Origin: Candidatus Latescibacterota bacterium
GTDB taxonomy: Bacteria > Latescibacterota > UBA2968
DNA length: 64,000 nt
Direction: 5' to 3'
Assembly: GCA_965208125.1 (NCBI GenBank)
Contig: OZ242320.1
Coordinates: forward strand, 2,944,001-3,008,000
This document shows, in pieces, positions 10,301 to 20,377 of the stretch (position 1 is its first letter; each line of letters starts with the position of its first letter). The position numbers and the translations under genes were made by a program. The notes under the pieces were generated by a model. The model did not search any database and was not told where the DNA came from. It was given only the letters and a program-made list of their open reading frames with translations.

Positions 10301-10469
10301 TGTTTTTCAGTACTGACGTTGTACTCCGCGTGCAGCGGTCAGTTCCTTTCCTCTATTCATCCTAAAACCACGTATGACGTAATGTAATACATCTTTTGCT
10401 TGAAGCAAGACATTGTACTACTACATTTTCTTTGACTTGCCGACTTTCGAGTGCCATTTTGTTTTTACC

Positions 10470-11315
10470 ATGATTCAATTTCTCGAAAATATCAAGGCGG
10501 TGCTTTTCCGTTTTTGCGCGTGTTTTCAGCACAGGCTCAGAGCGGCTATGCGTCGCGTAAAGTACCTGCGTCCGTTGATGGTGGCGCTGCTTCTCATTGC
10601 GCTGATCGGTGCAGGTGTTGCCTGGAGCGAATATCAGACCAATTGGTTTGCGCGACGCCTTGGAGCATTTTTGCTTTCGATCAATGCGTTGCGTCCAGAA
10701 AGTGGTGCGATCTGGAAGGATATTCAAGCACAGGCGCAAACTCAGCAAGCCATTGATGCAGCCTATCCCTTGCCTGTGCCACGAGCGGGTTTGCCCGATG
10801 CGGTTACAAATAGCCGTTTTGAGGGTTCACGCGTGCCCGAATCAGGCGTTCCGGGCTATGTCGCGATTTACAAGATCCCTTTGCCCGGCGTTGATCTCAA
10901 TACCAGACCGCTCGGCGATGTGATCGCCAGTTTGCGTGTTTACCGCCAGGGGCTTGCGGTTGTCAAAGCATTGCATCTGCCGGATGTGCATTTTCACGCG
11001 GAGGTGCGCAAACAGATCGATTATCTCTACGCTCAGGTGGGAGATATTGAGACTGTTGCGCCAGACACGCTGGGCGTAACCGATCCCGATTCGCTCAAGG
11101 CTGCTGTTTTTTCCGAACTCGCTACTGCGGTTATTCCCGATTTGAGACTGCGCGAGAAAAAGGCTCTGATTGAGGCTTATGAAAATGGGCAGATTGCACA
11201 AATTTTCTTGTATCGCGACCTCGGGCGTTTTCGCGGTGAACTTTTCCGCGAGGGAAGTCAGGTGCCTGTTGTTTTTGAAATTGAGGCGCGTGCTGTTTCC
11301 GAAATTGTGGAGTAA
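10470..11315 (+). CDS. Membrane-anchored hypothetical protein, translationally coupled to PBP
   Basis: Single N-terminal hydrophobic helix; stop overlaps next start (TAATG); start uncertain (10470 or 10548). Confidence 0.6.
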   Translation: MIQFLENIKAVLFRFCACFQHRLRAAMRRVKYLRPLMVALLLIALIGAGVAWSEYQTNWFARRLGAFLLSINALRPESGAIWKDIQAQAQTQQAIDAAYPLPVPRAGLPDAVTNSRFEGSRVPESGVPGYVAIYKIPLPGVDLNTRPLGDVIASLRVYRQGLAVVKALHLPDVHFHAEVRKQIDYLYAQVGDIETVAPDTLGVTDPDSLKAAVFSELATAVIPDLRLREKKALIEAYENGQIAQIFLYRDLGRFRGELFREGSQVPVVFEIEARAVSEIVE

Positions 11316-13387
11316 TGGCATATCCTATGAAATTAATCTTACATCGCGGCTTTTTTCTCGCTCTTTTGATCATTGCCGATGTTTTGCTGATTGTGCTGGG
11401 CGCGGCATGCTGGCTTGTGATTACCCTGCCGAGGCTGCCCGATGATCCCGATAGCTTATTGGTAGAGTCCGGGATCAATATTTACGCAGCTTCTGGGGAG
11501 TTGCTCTATACGGTTAATCAGCGCGTTGGTCGCGTTGGTCTCGACGAGGTGCATCCGCATTTTGTTCAGGCTGTGCTATCTATCGAAGATGCAGATTTTT
11601 ATCACCATCGCGGGTACAGTATTAAAGGTATGGTCGGTGCTTTTTTTAATAATATTCGACACTGGGATAGGGTGCGGGGTGGCAGTACAATTACACAGCA
11701 GATTGTGAAAAATATCTTTCTTACGCGAGAAAAATTTTATGTGCGAAAGCTCAAAGAAATTCTTCTCGCAACGCAACTCGAAGCCCTTTTTGAACGCCAC
11801 TATGGTGCGGGCTATAAAGACCGATTGCTCGAGATTTATATCAATGGCAGTTTTTACGGTGCCAATGCTTATGGTATTGCCGATGCGGCGCAGACCTATT
11901 TTGGCAAGCACGCCGCAGATCTTACGCTTCTCGAAGCTGCAATACTCGCGGGGCTTCCCAATGCACCGAGTGTGCTCAATCCGTTCCGCAAAGACCAGTC
12001 TCGCGTTCTGGCGCGTGCCAGGCTTGTCTTAAACCGCATGCAGGCATTGGGTTTTATTAGTTCAGAGGAAGTACAGAATGCGATGGCTTCGGAATTGAAA
12101 CTCGTTTCTGAACGTATGCCTCAAAATCGAACGCCTTATTTTGTCGAGACTGTTAAGGCCGAGGTTACGCGCCTGTGGGGTGCTCAGGCGCTGAGTTTTG
12201 GCGGTTTGAATATTTACACGACGCTCGATTTGCGTATGCAACAGGCTGCTGAGCGTGCCGTGGCCAGGGGGTTGGCAGATCTGGATGCGCATCTGGGGTT
12301 TTCAGATTATGGCAGTGCGTCATCTGAACAGCGCGCCGATTATGTACAGGGCGCGTTGATCTGCCTGGATCCGCGGACTGGATATGTCAAAGCGATGGTG
12401 GGTGGGCGCGATATTTTTGTCAGTTATTACAACCGGGCTACGCAGGCGCGGCGTCAACCGGGTTCGGGTTTTAAACCTTTTGTGTATCTGGCGGCTTTTG
12501 AAAGCGGTGCTTTTTCGCCGGTTTCTCTTTTTAATGATACGCTGCGCACCTATCGCGTGAACGATGAGGACTGGTCGCCCAAAAATTTTGCAGATAAATA
12601 TCTGGGGCTTACCACTGCTGCGAATGCACTGGTCAAGTCGGCAAATGCGACGAGTGTGCAAATTGCAATGGATATTGGTCCTGAGCGCATTGTCGATCTG
12701 GCGCAACGTCTGGGTATTCAGAGCAAGCTTAGACCGTATCCCAGTATTGCCCTGGGGGCGCAGGAGGTCACGTTGCTCGATATGGCTGTTGCCTATGGCG
12801 CGATTGCAAGTTACGGTTTTCGCGTGATACCGACATTTATCGCGCGGATTGAGGATGCCACAGGGCAAATACACTATGAGCATCGGCCAGATCCCATGCT
12901 TGTTCTCGATCCCGAACAGGCAGTGATTATGGTCAATTTGATGCAGCATGTTGTCAATCGCGGTACGGGGCGTGCGATTCGCGCGTTTGGATTTCAGGGT
13001 GCTGCTGCGGGTAAAACTGGTACGACAAATGACAATACAGATGCCTGGTTCACGGGGTTTACACCCGATCTGGTCGCCAGTGTGTGGATTGGTTTTGACA
13101 ACCGCGAGGGTGGCCGTCGGCTGATCGAGAAGAGGAGCAGACGCCAGATTACTGGTGGGAGTGGCGCAGCACCGATTTGGGCCGCGTTTATGAAGAGTGT
13201 AGGTAAACCCTCGCGGGACTTTATCACGCCCACAGAAGTTGCCGCGCATACTGTGAATTTGCGGAGCGGTATTGCCGATACTTCTGATGGAACTGTCACC
13301 CTCGTTCTGCCCGAAGGGGTTGCGCCCAATACACCAGTAGATACATTGAGGTTTTTCAAGGAAATTGAGATGAAACAAGAACCCTAA
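11315..13387 (+). CDS. Class A penicillin-binding protein (PBP1A family transglycosylase/transpeptidase)
   Basis: EDADFYHHRG, GGSTITQQ, RKLKE GTase motifs; RQPGSGFKP (SxxK), SAN (SxN), KTGT. Confidence 0.93.
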   Translation: MAYPMKLILHRGFFLALLIIADVLLIVLGAACWLVITLPRLPDDPDSLLVESGINIYAASGELLYTVNQRVGRVGLDEVHPHFVQAVLSIEDADFYHHRGYSIKGMVGAFFNNIRHWDRVRGGSTITQQIVKNIFLTREKFYVRKLKEILLATQLEALFERHYGAGYKDRLLEIYINGSFYGANAYGIADAAQTYFGKHAADLTLLEAAILAGLPNAPSVLNPFRKDQSRVLARARLVLNRMQALGFISSEEVQNAMASELKLVSERMPQNRTPYFVETVKAEVTRLWGAQALSFGGLNIYTTLDLRMQQAAERAVARGLADLDAHLGFSDYGSASSEQRADYVQGALICLDPRTGYVKAMVGGRDIFVSYYNRATQARRQPGSGFKPFVYLAAFESGAFSPVSLFNDTLRTYRVNDEDWSPKNFADKYLGLTTAANALVKSANATSVQIAMDIGPERIVDLAQRLGIQSKLRPYPSIALGAQEVTLLDMAVAYGAIASYGFRVIPTFIARIEDATGQIHYEHRPDPMLVLDPEQAVIMVNLMQHVVNRGTGRAIRAFGFQGAAAGKTGTTNDNTDAWFTGFTPDLVASVWIGFDNREGGRRLIEKRSRRQITGGSGAAPIWAAFMKSVGKPSRDFITPTEVAAHTVNLRSGIADTSDGTVTLVLPEGVAPNTPVDTLRFFKEIEMKQEP

Positions 13388-13403
13388 CGCAAAAGGAGAC
13401 ACC

Positions 13404-14336
13404 ATGGAACCCTGGTCTTTTCTTCATATCTGCGATATGCAACCCGGTTCGCCCCGGTCCTTTCGCTTCAATCAGCGAAATATGGACAATTGGCAGACTG
13501 CTTACCGACAGATTCAAGATATTACCGATGTCGATCTTCTTCTCGTGGGTGGCGACCTCACGCGGGATGGGGTGCTCCACGATTTTGAGTTTGAAGTTGC
13601 CAAACGCGAACTCGATGCCTTGCTTTATCCGTATTACGCGATTCCCGGCAATATGGATACGTGCAACAAGCATACGGATAAAAATGGTGCTACCGGGCGC
13701 GAAGATATCCGTTTGAATGTCACTGCTGAGCAATTGGATCGGTTTGTGCCCTTTTTTGGCGATTTTCCCTGGAGCTTTGTTCACAAGAATGTGCGCTTTA
13801 GCGGATTTTATGCGGCTGTGGCGGGTTCGGGATTGCCCCATGAGACGCGCATGTGGCACTGGCTGGAGAGTGAGTTGCCGTCTCTTCCCCGCGCGGCGCA
13901 TCACGTTGTGACGATGCATTATACTCTTTTTATGGATACGCTCGATGAACCCAAATGGGATATTACAAAAGCGGACGAATATAGAGACTGGTATTTTTCG
14001 ATTGATCCGCCACACAGACAGCGCATTTTTGAGGCGTTTAAGAAATCCGGTGTGTCCATTGTTCTCAGCGGACATATTCACTGCCGCCGTCCGCCCCAGG
14101 TTGTTGAGGGTATTTCCTTTTATCGCTGTGCAGGTATAGCGATGCCCCAGGGGGCTGACCGATGGGACGATGGCGATCCCACGTTGGGGTTCTATCGTTT
14201 TGACGTGACAGACACTGATATAACCCCTACATTTATTCCTCTGATTGAGGAATCGCGATCTACCGAGGGTTATGGCCCCGGGGGTCATCCCAGGCCTGAG
14301 GAACGCGATTATTCACTCGCGTGGGAGAAAGGTTAG
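13404..14336 (+). CDS. Calcineurin-like metallophosphoesterase
   Basis: HICDMQ, GGDLT, PGNMD, MHY, SGHIH motifs. Confidence 0.85.
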   Translation: MEPWSFLHICDMQPGSPRSFRFNQRNMDNWQTAYRQIQDITDVDLLLVGGDLTRDGVLHDFEFEVAKRELDALLYPYYAIPGNMDTCNKHTDKNGATGREDIRLNVTAEQLDRFVPFFGDFPWSFVHKNVRFSGFYAAVAGSGLPHETRMWHWLESELPSLPRAAHHVVTMHYTLFMDTLDEPKWDITKADEYRDWYFSIDPPHRQRIFEAFKKSGVSIVLSGHIHCRRPPQVVEGISFYRCAGIAMPQGADRWDDGDPTLGFYRFDVTDTDITPTFIPLIEESRSTEGYGPGGHPRPEERDYSLAWEKG

Positions 14337-14369
14337 AGGCTGGGCAACTATGTAAAGAGGAGAAATAAG

Positions 14370-14552
14370 ATGAATCATTCGCGCGGACGCGATCCTGTTA
14401 TTGAGGTTTACAAAAAGGACGTTGATCGAACACTCATTCGCAGAAATCTCAAACTTTCTCATGAAGAACGGTTGCAAAATGCGATGGAGCTTCAACGCTT
14501 TGCACAGGAATTGCGAAAAGCTGGGCGTCGTAAGCAACAAAATGAGGAGTGA
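14370..14552 (+). CDS. Small helical hypothetical protein (possible orphan antitoxin)
   Basis: AGAGGAG RBS; DPVIEVYKKDVDRTLIRRNLKLSHEERL; fills the gap between two co-oriented genes. Confidence 0.65.
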   Translation: MNHSRGRDPVIEVYKKDVDRTLIRRNLKLSHEERLQNAMELQRFAQELRKAGRRKQQNEE

Positions 14553-14557
14553 TTTTT

Positions 14558-16300
14558 ATGTCTGTTTTACATATTACGTCACCTGCTGCCCCTCCTGAGT
14601 GGGCACTTTTGCAACGGGAACTGATGCGCGCGCAGGCTACGGCGTGCGAGGTTTTTTATCATCGGTATTTCGATAGTCGAGGGTATCTCAAGTGTATTCC
14701 GAGGTGGGGGGGTAATGATGGGCCAGATGATGCAATAGAAAATCTCACGGGGTATTCGATGGTGCATACGCTGGGCGGACCTGCGCATATTCTCGATCTC
14801 TACAAGCAGGCGTGGGAAGGGCATATCGAACAATATTCCGAGGCTAAGACCGAGGTTGTGCCTATCGGGCGTGACGGTATGTATTACAAGGAGTTTCCCG
14901 CGTGTTTCGACTGGTTCCACCACGGGGAATCGCTTACCATTTTTAATTTGCAGGGTCTGTCCGATCCGCATGAGGTTACTTTTGGTCATCGCGTGCGTCG
15001 CTACGCTGGTTTTTATATGGATGAAGATCCCCAGGCGAAGAATTACGATCCTGAGCACAAAGTAATCCGTAGCCTTTTCAATGGCAGTCGGGGACCTTTG
15101 TTGCGAAAAGCCACGGGTCTGGATTGGGCAGGGGATCCCTTTGAGGTTGAGGGGCGTTTTCCCGCGCCGCGTCACGGTGAACGCAATTTTGAAGAGATGC
15201 TTATGCATTTTGAAGATTATACCGATGTGATTGGCGATCATCCCCTGAATCTGGCGGCTACGACGCTGGGTCTCAATGCGTTCGCGCTGGCTGGTGAGGA
15301 GAAATACCGCACCTGGTTGCTGGAATATGTGGATGCGTGGGCAGATCGCGCGGCCGAGAATAACGGTATTCTTCCGTCCAATATCGGTCTTGATGGTGCG
15401 ATTGGCGGTGCGTGTGATGGCAAGTGGTATGGCGGTTGTTATGGCTGGGGATTTACTGTGGTTGTTCCGCAAACAGGCGCGCTTGCTGACCGCAATTCCA
15501 TAGCTCGAGGCATTGCGGGGTTTGGCAATGCCCTGCTTCTGACGGGTGACCAGAAGTATCCCCGTGTCTGGGGCACGATGATCAATGCGGTGAATAGCAA
15601 TAGCAAGAATGTCGATGGGGAAATACAATATCCGCATATGCACGGGGATGATGGCTGGTATAGCTATAGCTCCCAGCCCTTTAATCAGGGTGCGCTTGAC
15701 GTGTACTACTGGACGATGGATGATGCCGATCTTGAGCACATTTCCGCAGATCCATGGATAGACTACCTGCGCGGGAATAATCCCGACCATCCCACGCGCA
15801 CTTTGCGAAATGCTTTGAGCGCGATTCGCGGGAAGATGGAGAATGTGCGCAACGATACGTCTTCCACGGATACCCGGTTATCCGACGATCCATTGCCCTA
15901 TAATCCCGCAACTACTGTGAACGCGCTCATACAACTGCAACTGGGTGGTTTGGCACCGCGCCACGGCGAACCCCTGCATTGTCGCGTGCGTTATTTTGAT
16001 CCCGAGAATCGCCGTCCCGGGTTGCCGTCTGATGTGGCTGCTCTGGTCGAGACGCTGACCGCGGATGGTGTTGTGTTGTCACTCGTGAATGTCAATCAGA
16101 CAGAATATCGCGATCTCATTGTCCAGAGCGGTGCTTATGCCGAACATCAGATTAGTGCCGCTGAGGTTGATGGCAATACATCTGATCTCGATGCATCGTG
16201 GATGACGGTTCGTCTTGGTCCCGGTTGCGGTGCGCGACTTACACTTAAAACAGAACGCTATGTCAATTCGCCCACTTTTGCGTTTCCATGGGAGAGATAG
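14558..16300 (+). CDS. Uncharacterised ~580-aa protein, probably an alpha-helical barrel enzyme
   Basis: Long ORF with GAGGAG RBS; Trp/Asp/His-rich motifs RWGGNDGPDDAIEN, DWFHHGE, GKWYGGCYGW; no family assigned with confidence. Confidence 0.7.
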   Translation: MSVLHITSPAAPPEWALLQRELMRAQATACEVFYHRYFDSRGYLKCIPRWGGNDGPDDAIENLTGYSMVHTLGGPAHILDLYKQAWEGHIEQYSEAKTEVVPIGRDGMYYKEFPACFDWFHHGESLTIFNLQGLSDPHEVTFGHRVRRYAGFYMDEDPQAKNYDPEHKVIRSLFNGSRGPLLRKATGLDWAGDPFEVEGRFPAPRHGERNFEEMLMHFEDYTDVIGDHPLNLAATTLGLNAFALAGEEKYRTWLLEYVDAWADRAAENNGILPSNIGLDGAIGGACDGKWYGGCYGWGFTVVVPQTGALADRNSIARGIAGFGNALLLTGDQKYPRVWGTMINAVNSNSKNVDGEIQYPHMHGDDGWYSYSSQPFNQGALDVYYWTMDDADLEHISADPWIDYLRGNNPDHPTRTLRNALSAIRGKMENVRNDTSSTDTRLSDDPLPYNPATTVNALIQLQLGGLAPRHGEPLHCRVRYFDPENRRPGLPSDVAALVETLTADGVVLSLVNVNQTEYRDLIVQSGAYAEHQISAAEVDGNTSDLDASWMTVRLGPGCGARLTLKTERYVNSPTFAFPWER

Positions 16301-16328
16301 ATTCAGCAATCAATAAAAGGAGTTTCTT

Positions 16329-17279
16329 ATGTCCAGAATTAATGTTGGTCTTGCCCGCTGCGAGAATCACCGCCGGAATGTATTTGGCGCTCTCGATCTG
16401 ATCCGCGATGATGTGGTTCCCAAACTCGCCGAGCAGGTGATGCTCAAACCCAATTTTCTTTCGTCTAAAAATCAACTGGCGTCTTCTCATCCCGATGCAA
16501 TGCGAGGGGCTATTGATTTTTTGCTTACCACGCCCAATCCACCGGATGAGATCCTTATAGCCGAGGGGGGTAATGAAGATATTCCAGGAGAAGCTTTTGA
16601 CAATTTTGGGTATCACGCTTTGATAGAAGAATACGATGTTCCCATTCGACTCATTGACCTCAATTCTGAGACCCGATGGGAGACTGTGCCGATTTTTCTC
16701 GATGACCGCACTGAATACCAGGTGCATATGCCCAAGACCGTGCTCGATTGCCCCTGCACGATTTCAATGGCGGTTGCCAAAACCCACGATGTTACGGTTG
16801 TTACGCTCGCGCTCAAGAATATGATTATGGGAACGATTCGGAAAGAAGACCGCGTTAAGATGCACGGGTTTCCCTCACATCCAGAACGCTTGCGTCCAAA
16901 TGAGTCCAAACGACTCAATGTCAATCTTATTCGGCTCGCCAAATATCTGGCACCGGATATCGGCGTGATCGATGGTACTGTCGGTTTGCAGGGCAATGGT
17001 CCCGGAGGGACGGATTCGGTTGATCTGGGCGTTGCCGCAGCGAGTGTAGATGTTTTCGCTGTGGATGCGGTTATGACCAGTGTTATGGGTTTTGAACCCG
17101 CGAAGCAGGGGTTGCTCTATTATGCCAATCAACTCGGCATTGGTGTGACTGATCTCAACAATATCAATATTCTCGGAACTGCTATCGAAAATGTCGCCAG
17201 AGCGTTTAAGCCGCACAAGTGGATCGAAGAACAACGCCAGTGGCACGAGCCAAATGCCATGGCCGATATTTTTGCGTGA
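16329..17279 (+). CDS. DUF362 domain protein
   Basis: VMLKPNF, SHPD, IAEGG, KTH...TLALKN, GNGP, DVFAVD motifs. Confidence 0.85.
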   Translation: MSRINVGLARCENHRRNVFGALDLIRDDVVPKLAEQVMLKPNFLSSKNQLASSHPDAMRGAIDFLLTTPNPPDEILIAEGGNEDIPGEAFDNFGYHALIEEYDVPIRLIDLNSETRWETVPIFLDDRTEYQVHMPKTVLDCPCTISMAVAKTHDVTVVTLALKNMIMGTIRKEDRVKMHGFPSHPERLRPNESKRLNVNLIRLAKYLAPDIGVIDGTVGLQGNGPGGTDSVDLGVAAASVDVFAVDAVMTSVMGFEPAKQGLLYYANQLGIGVTDLNNINILGTAIENVARAFKPHKWIEEQRQWHEPNAMADIFA

Positions 17280-17308
17280 TAACGATCTCGGTAGTACAGG
17301 AGTTTTTC

Positions 17309-18379
17309 TTGCCTACTATTGTCCTCATTGGCGGCGGTACCGCAGGGCATGTTACGCCCAATATTGCGCTGTTGCCCGCTTTGCGCGATGCTGGATACGA
17401 TGTGCATTATATCGGTACGCGAGACGGTATCGAGCAAGGACTGATCGCGCGGGAGGGCGTTCCCTATTACGCTGTTCCCGCAGGCAAACTCCGCCGCTAT
17501 CTGGATTGGCAAAATTTTACCGATCTCGTCCGCATCAAGTTAGGGTTTCTCAAGTCGCTGTTGCTTCTCGCTCGTATTAGACCCGATATTGTCTTTAGCA
17601 AGGGGGGATTTGTTACGCCGCCCATTATCTGGGCTGCGTGGTTGCTGGGCATTCCCGTTGTGTGTCACGAGTCGGATCTCACGCCGGGGTTGGCCAATAA
17701 GCTTTCTCTTCCGTTTGCCCGGCGCATTTGCTATGCTTTTGCAGAGACAGCTAAATATTTGCCTGCTGAAAAAGCGGTTCATACGGGTATTCCGGTTCGG
17801 ACAGAGCTGGGAAATGGAGATGCCCAGAAAGGGCGCGATTTGTGCGCGTTTACGTCTGGGAAACCCATTATTCTCATTATGGGAGGTAGCTTGGGTTCGC
17901 GTGCGATTAATGCAGCGGTTCGCGCTGCACTTCCCGATTTGCTTGTCGAGTACCAGATTTGTCATTTGTGCGGACAGGGCAATCTCGATTCGGATCTCGA
18001 CCAGACCGAAGGGTACGCGCAGTTTGAATATGTCTCGGATGATTTGACCCATCTTTTTGCGGCAGCCGATTTTATTGTTTCTCGCGCAGGTGCTACCGCG
18101 CTCTTTGAATTTCTTTCGCTCCAAAAACCCGCGCTTTTGATTCCCCTTTCCCTGCAAGCCAGTCGCGGAGATCAGATCGATAATGCCGAGGCATTTCGAA
18201 ATGCCGGTTATAGCCTCGTGCTTTCAGAAGAGGGGCTTACGCCGGATGGGCTTTACAAAGCGATTCGCGATTTGTGCGATCAAAGTGACGCGCTCCTTCA
18301 ATCCATGTCTGATTGGCGCGGGCGCGACGCTATTGCGGAAATTCTCTCAATCCTCGCCGATTATCTGAATAAGAATTGA
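17309..18379 (+). CDS. murG: Undecaprenyl-PP-MurNAc-pentapeptide GlcNAc transferase MurG
   Basis: GGGTAGHVTP, KGGFV, HESD, TGIPVR, GGSLGS, SRAGA, DQIDNA; TTG start after AGGAG. Confidence 0.92.
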   Translation: MPTIVLIGGGTAGHVTPNIALLPALRDAGYDVHYIGTRDGIEQGLIAREGVPYYAVPAGKLRRYLDWQNFTDLVRIKLGFLKSLLLLARIRPDIVFSKGGFVTPPIIWAAWLLGIPVVCHESDLTPGLANKLSLPFARRICYAFAETAKYLPAEKAVHTGIPVRTELGNGDAQKGRDLCAFTSGKPIILIMGGSLGSRAINAAVRAALPDLLVEYQICHLCGQGNLDSDLDQTEGYAQFEYVSDDLTHLFAAADFIVSRAGATALFEFLSLQKPALLIPLSLQASRGDQIDNAEAFRNAGYSLVLSEEGLTPDGLYKAIRDLCDQSDALLQSMSDWRGRDAIAEILSILADYLNKN

Positions 18380-20355
18380 TTACTATGGCACAAGAAAGAC
18401 ATCCATCTGTTGAACCCACTCGATTTGTAAGAGAAGCTGTTACGCTGAAGTCCATTCTGGTAGGCATTGTGGTCATTCTGCTATCCGATGCCTATATCAC
18501 ATGGGGCATGTTGCATCTGGCTTCTCGTATGAATAAGTCCTATCTGCCGATGGGGCTGTTTTTTGTGTATGTGGTTCTGGTGTTGATAAATATCGCGTTT
18601 GATCGGGCAAAGAGCAGGTGGGCACTTTCTCAGGCTGAGTTGCAAGTTGCGCTCGGTATGGGGTTGATTGGGGCGTTTTTCCCATTTTTTGGTCTGGCGA
18701 GTTTTTTGCCTACGGTGATTGCGGCGCCCTTTTATCTCGATACGCCGGAGAATGGCTGGCGCGAGCTTTTGCACGAGCATATTCCCAGGTGGATTGTTTT
18801 GCACAATGAAGATGGGGCAGCAACACTGTTTTACGAGGGTCTTGCGCCGCATCAGCCGATTCCGTGGGGTGCGTGGGTGGTGCCGATTTTCTGGTGGGGA
18901 TCGTTGATTTTTGCAATTGGTTGGTTGACGTTGTGTATTATGGTGATTTTGCGGAAGCAGTGGGTGGAGAATGAGCGGTTGGAATATCCGTTGATGAATG
19001 TGAGTATTAAGATGGCTGCCGGGTCAGATGATGCGGAGGGCATCGCACATATGGTTCGACAGCGGGGGTTTAAGGTTGGCTGTTTCTTAGGTGCTATAGC
19101 TGTTTTGTGGAATATTGTGACATTTTTTTATCCTTTGATACCGCGTTTGCCCACGACGCCAAATGCCGCCAGTTGGTTGCGCTGGATGGAGGGCGCGCCG
19201 ACGTTTTGGGTGCAGATCAGCATTTATATTATTGGCTTTGCGTATTTTGCGCGTGTGGAGGCGCTGTTCAGTTTTTGGGTGTTTTTTGTGTTGACGGGTA
19301 TTGAGATGTCTGTGTTTGACCGTCTTGGCGTGGGGTCTTCTGTTGGTCAGGGGGGATTGGAGGCGGTGCGGTCTCAGAGTTTTGGCGCGTTTGTGATGAT
19401 TGTTCTGGTGAGTTTGTGGATGTCGCGTGGTCATTTGAAGGCGGTGTTTCGGAAGGCATTTAAGGGTGATGCTGAGGTGGATGATTCTCGGGAGGTGTTG
19501 TCTTATCGAACGGCGGTGTTTGGTCTGGGGATTGGGCTTCTTTACGTGGGTGGATGGTTGCATCTGGCGGGTATGGAGTTGAAGGTGCTGGTGCTTTATA
19601 TGTTTTTTGCTGTGGCAGCCTATATCGGCTTGTCCCGGATTGTGGCTGAGATGGGGTTGCCCTATGCAAATATTTCGGATACGGCACTGAATTTTGCGCC
19701 TATTTATATTTTGGGGTCGCGTGCGATTTCAGCGCCTTCTATGGTGAGTCAGGGGTTTATCTATGCGCTTTTTGCCACGACGCGCGGGTTTCTCGGTCCG
19801 CCTCTGGCACAGGCGCTGAAGCTGACGAGTGGGTTGAAGTTTCGGCGGAATCGCTTGATCGGTGCGATTGCGATTGCATTGGTGTTGGGGTTTTTCGTAT
19901 CCATCGGCGATACGGTTTATACTGCCTATCGGCACGGCGGATATAATCTGGGGGGGTTGACGAGGGTGGCGGGCGTTCGGAATAATTATCAGAAAGCCGT
20001 GACGTGGATCAGAAATCCCCAGCCTCCGGATTGGGACCGGCTCACGTTTGCCGGATCTGGGATGGCGATTGTGTTGTTGTTGACCTTTTTGCGATACAAT
20101 TTTATCTGGTGGCCTTTGCCCGCTGTTGGTCTGGCACTGCAGGGCATGTATATGGCGCGTCGTCTGGTGTTTCCGGTTTTTATGGTGTGGGTTTATAAGT
20201 CGCTTATTTTGAAGTTTGGTGGTGTTGGGATGTACCGCAGGGGACAGCCGTTTTTTATAGGTTTGATGGTGGGCTATGCTTTTGCGGTGTTTTTTTCGAC
20301 GTTGATCGATCATCTCTTTTTTTATGGGCACGGTCATGTGGTGCATGATTTTTGA
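18376..20355 (+). CDS. Polytopic membrane protein, DUF6785/DUF6784-like putative (oligopeptide-type) transporter
   Basis: ~16 hydrophobic segments; LRKQWVENERLEYPL, IPWGAW..P, RIVAEMG, WWPL, FFIGLMVG motifs. Confidence 0.7.
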   Translation: MITMAQERHPSVEPTRFVREAVTLKSILVGIVVILLSDAYITWGMLHLASRMNKSYLPMGLFFVYVVLVLINIAFDRAKSRWALSQAELQVALGMGLIGAFFPFFGLASFLPTVIAAPFYLDTPENGWRELLHEHIPRWIVLHNEDGAATLFYEGLAPHQPIPWGAWVVPIFWWGSLIFAIGWLTLCIMVILRKQWVENERLEYPLMNVSIKMAAGSDDAEGIAHMVRQRGFKVGCFLGAIAVLWNIVTFFYPLIPRLPTTPNAASWLRWMEGAPTFWVQISIYIIGFAYFARVEALFSFWVFFVLTGIEMSVFDRLGVGSSVGQGGLEAVRSQSFGAFVMIVLVSLWMSRGHLKAVFRKAFKGDAEVDDSREVLSYRTAVFGLGIGLLYVGGWLHLAGMELKVLVLYMFFAVAAYIGLSRIVAEMGLPYANISDTALNFAPIYILGSRAISAPSMVSQGFIYALFATTRGFLGPPLAQALKLTSGLKFRRNRLIGAIAIALVLGFFVSIGDTVYTAYRHGGYNLGGLTRVAGVRNNYQKAVTWIRNPQPPDWDRLTFAGSGMAIVLLLTFLRYNFIWWPLPAVGLALQGMYMARRLVFPVFMVWVYKSLILKFGGVGMYRRGQPFFIGLMVGYAFAVFFSTLIDHLFFYGHGHVVHDF

Positions 20356-20377
20356 GAGAAACCGATAGGAGGGAATA

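Noticed and set aside
10312-10343. Hairpin ACTGAC...GTCAGT as a riboswitch or sRNA
   Set aside because: No recognisable aptamer consensus; a single hairpin is insufficient evidence
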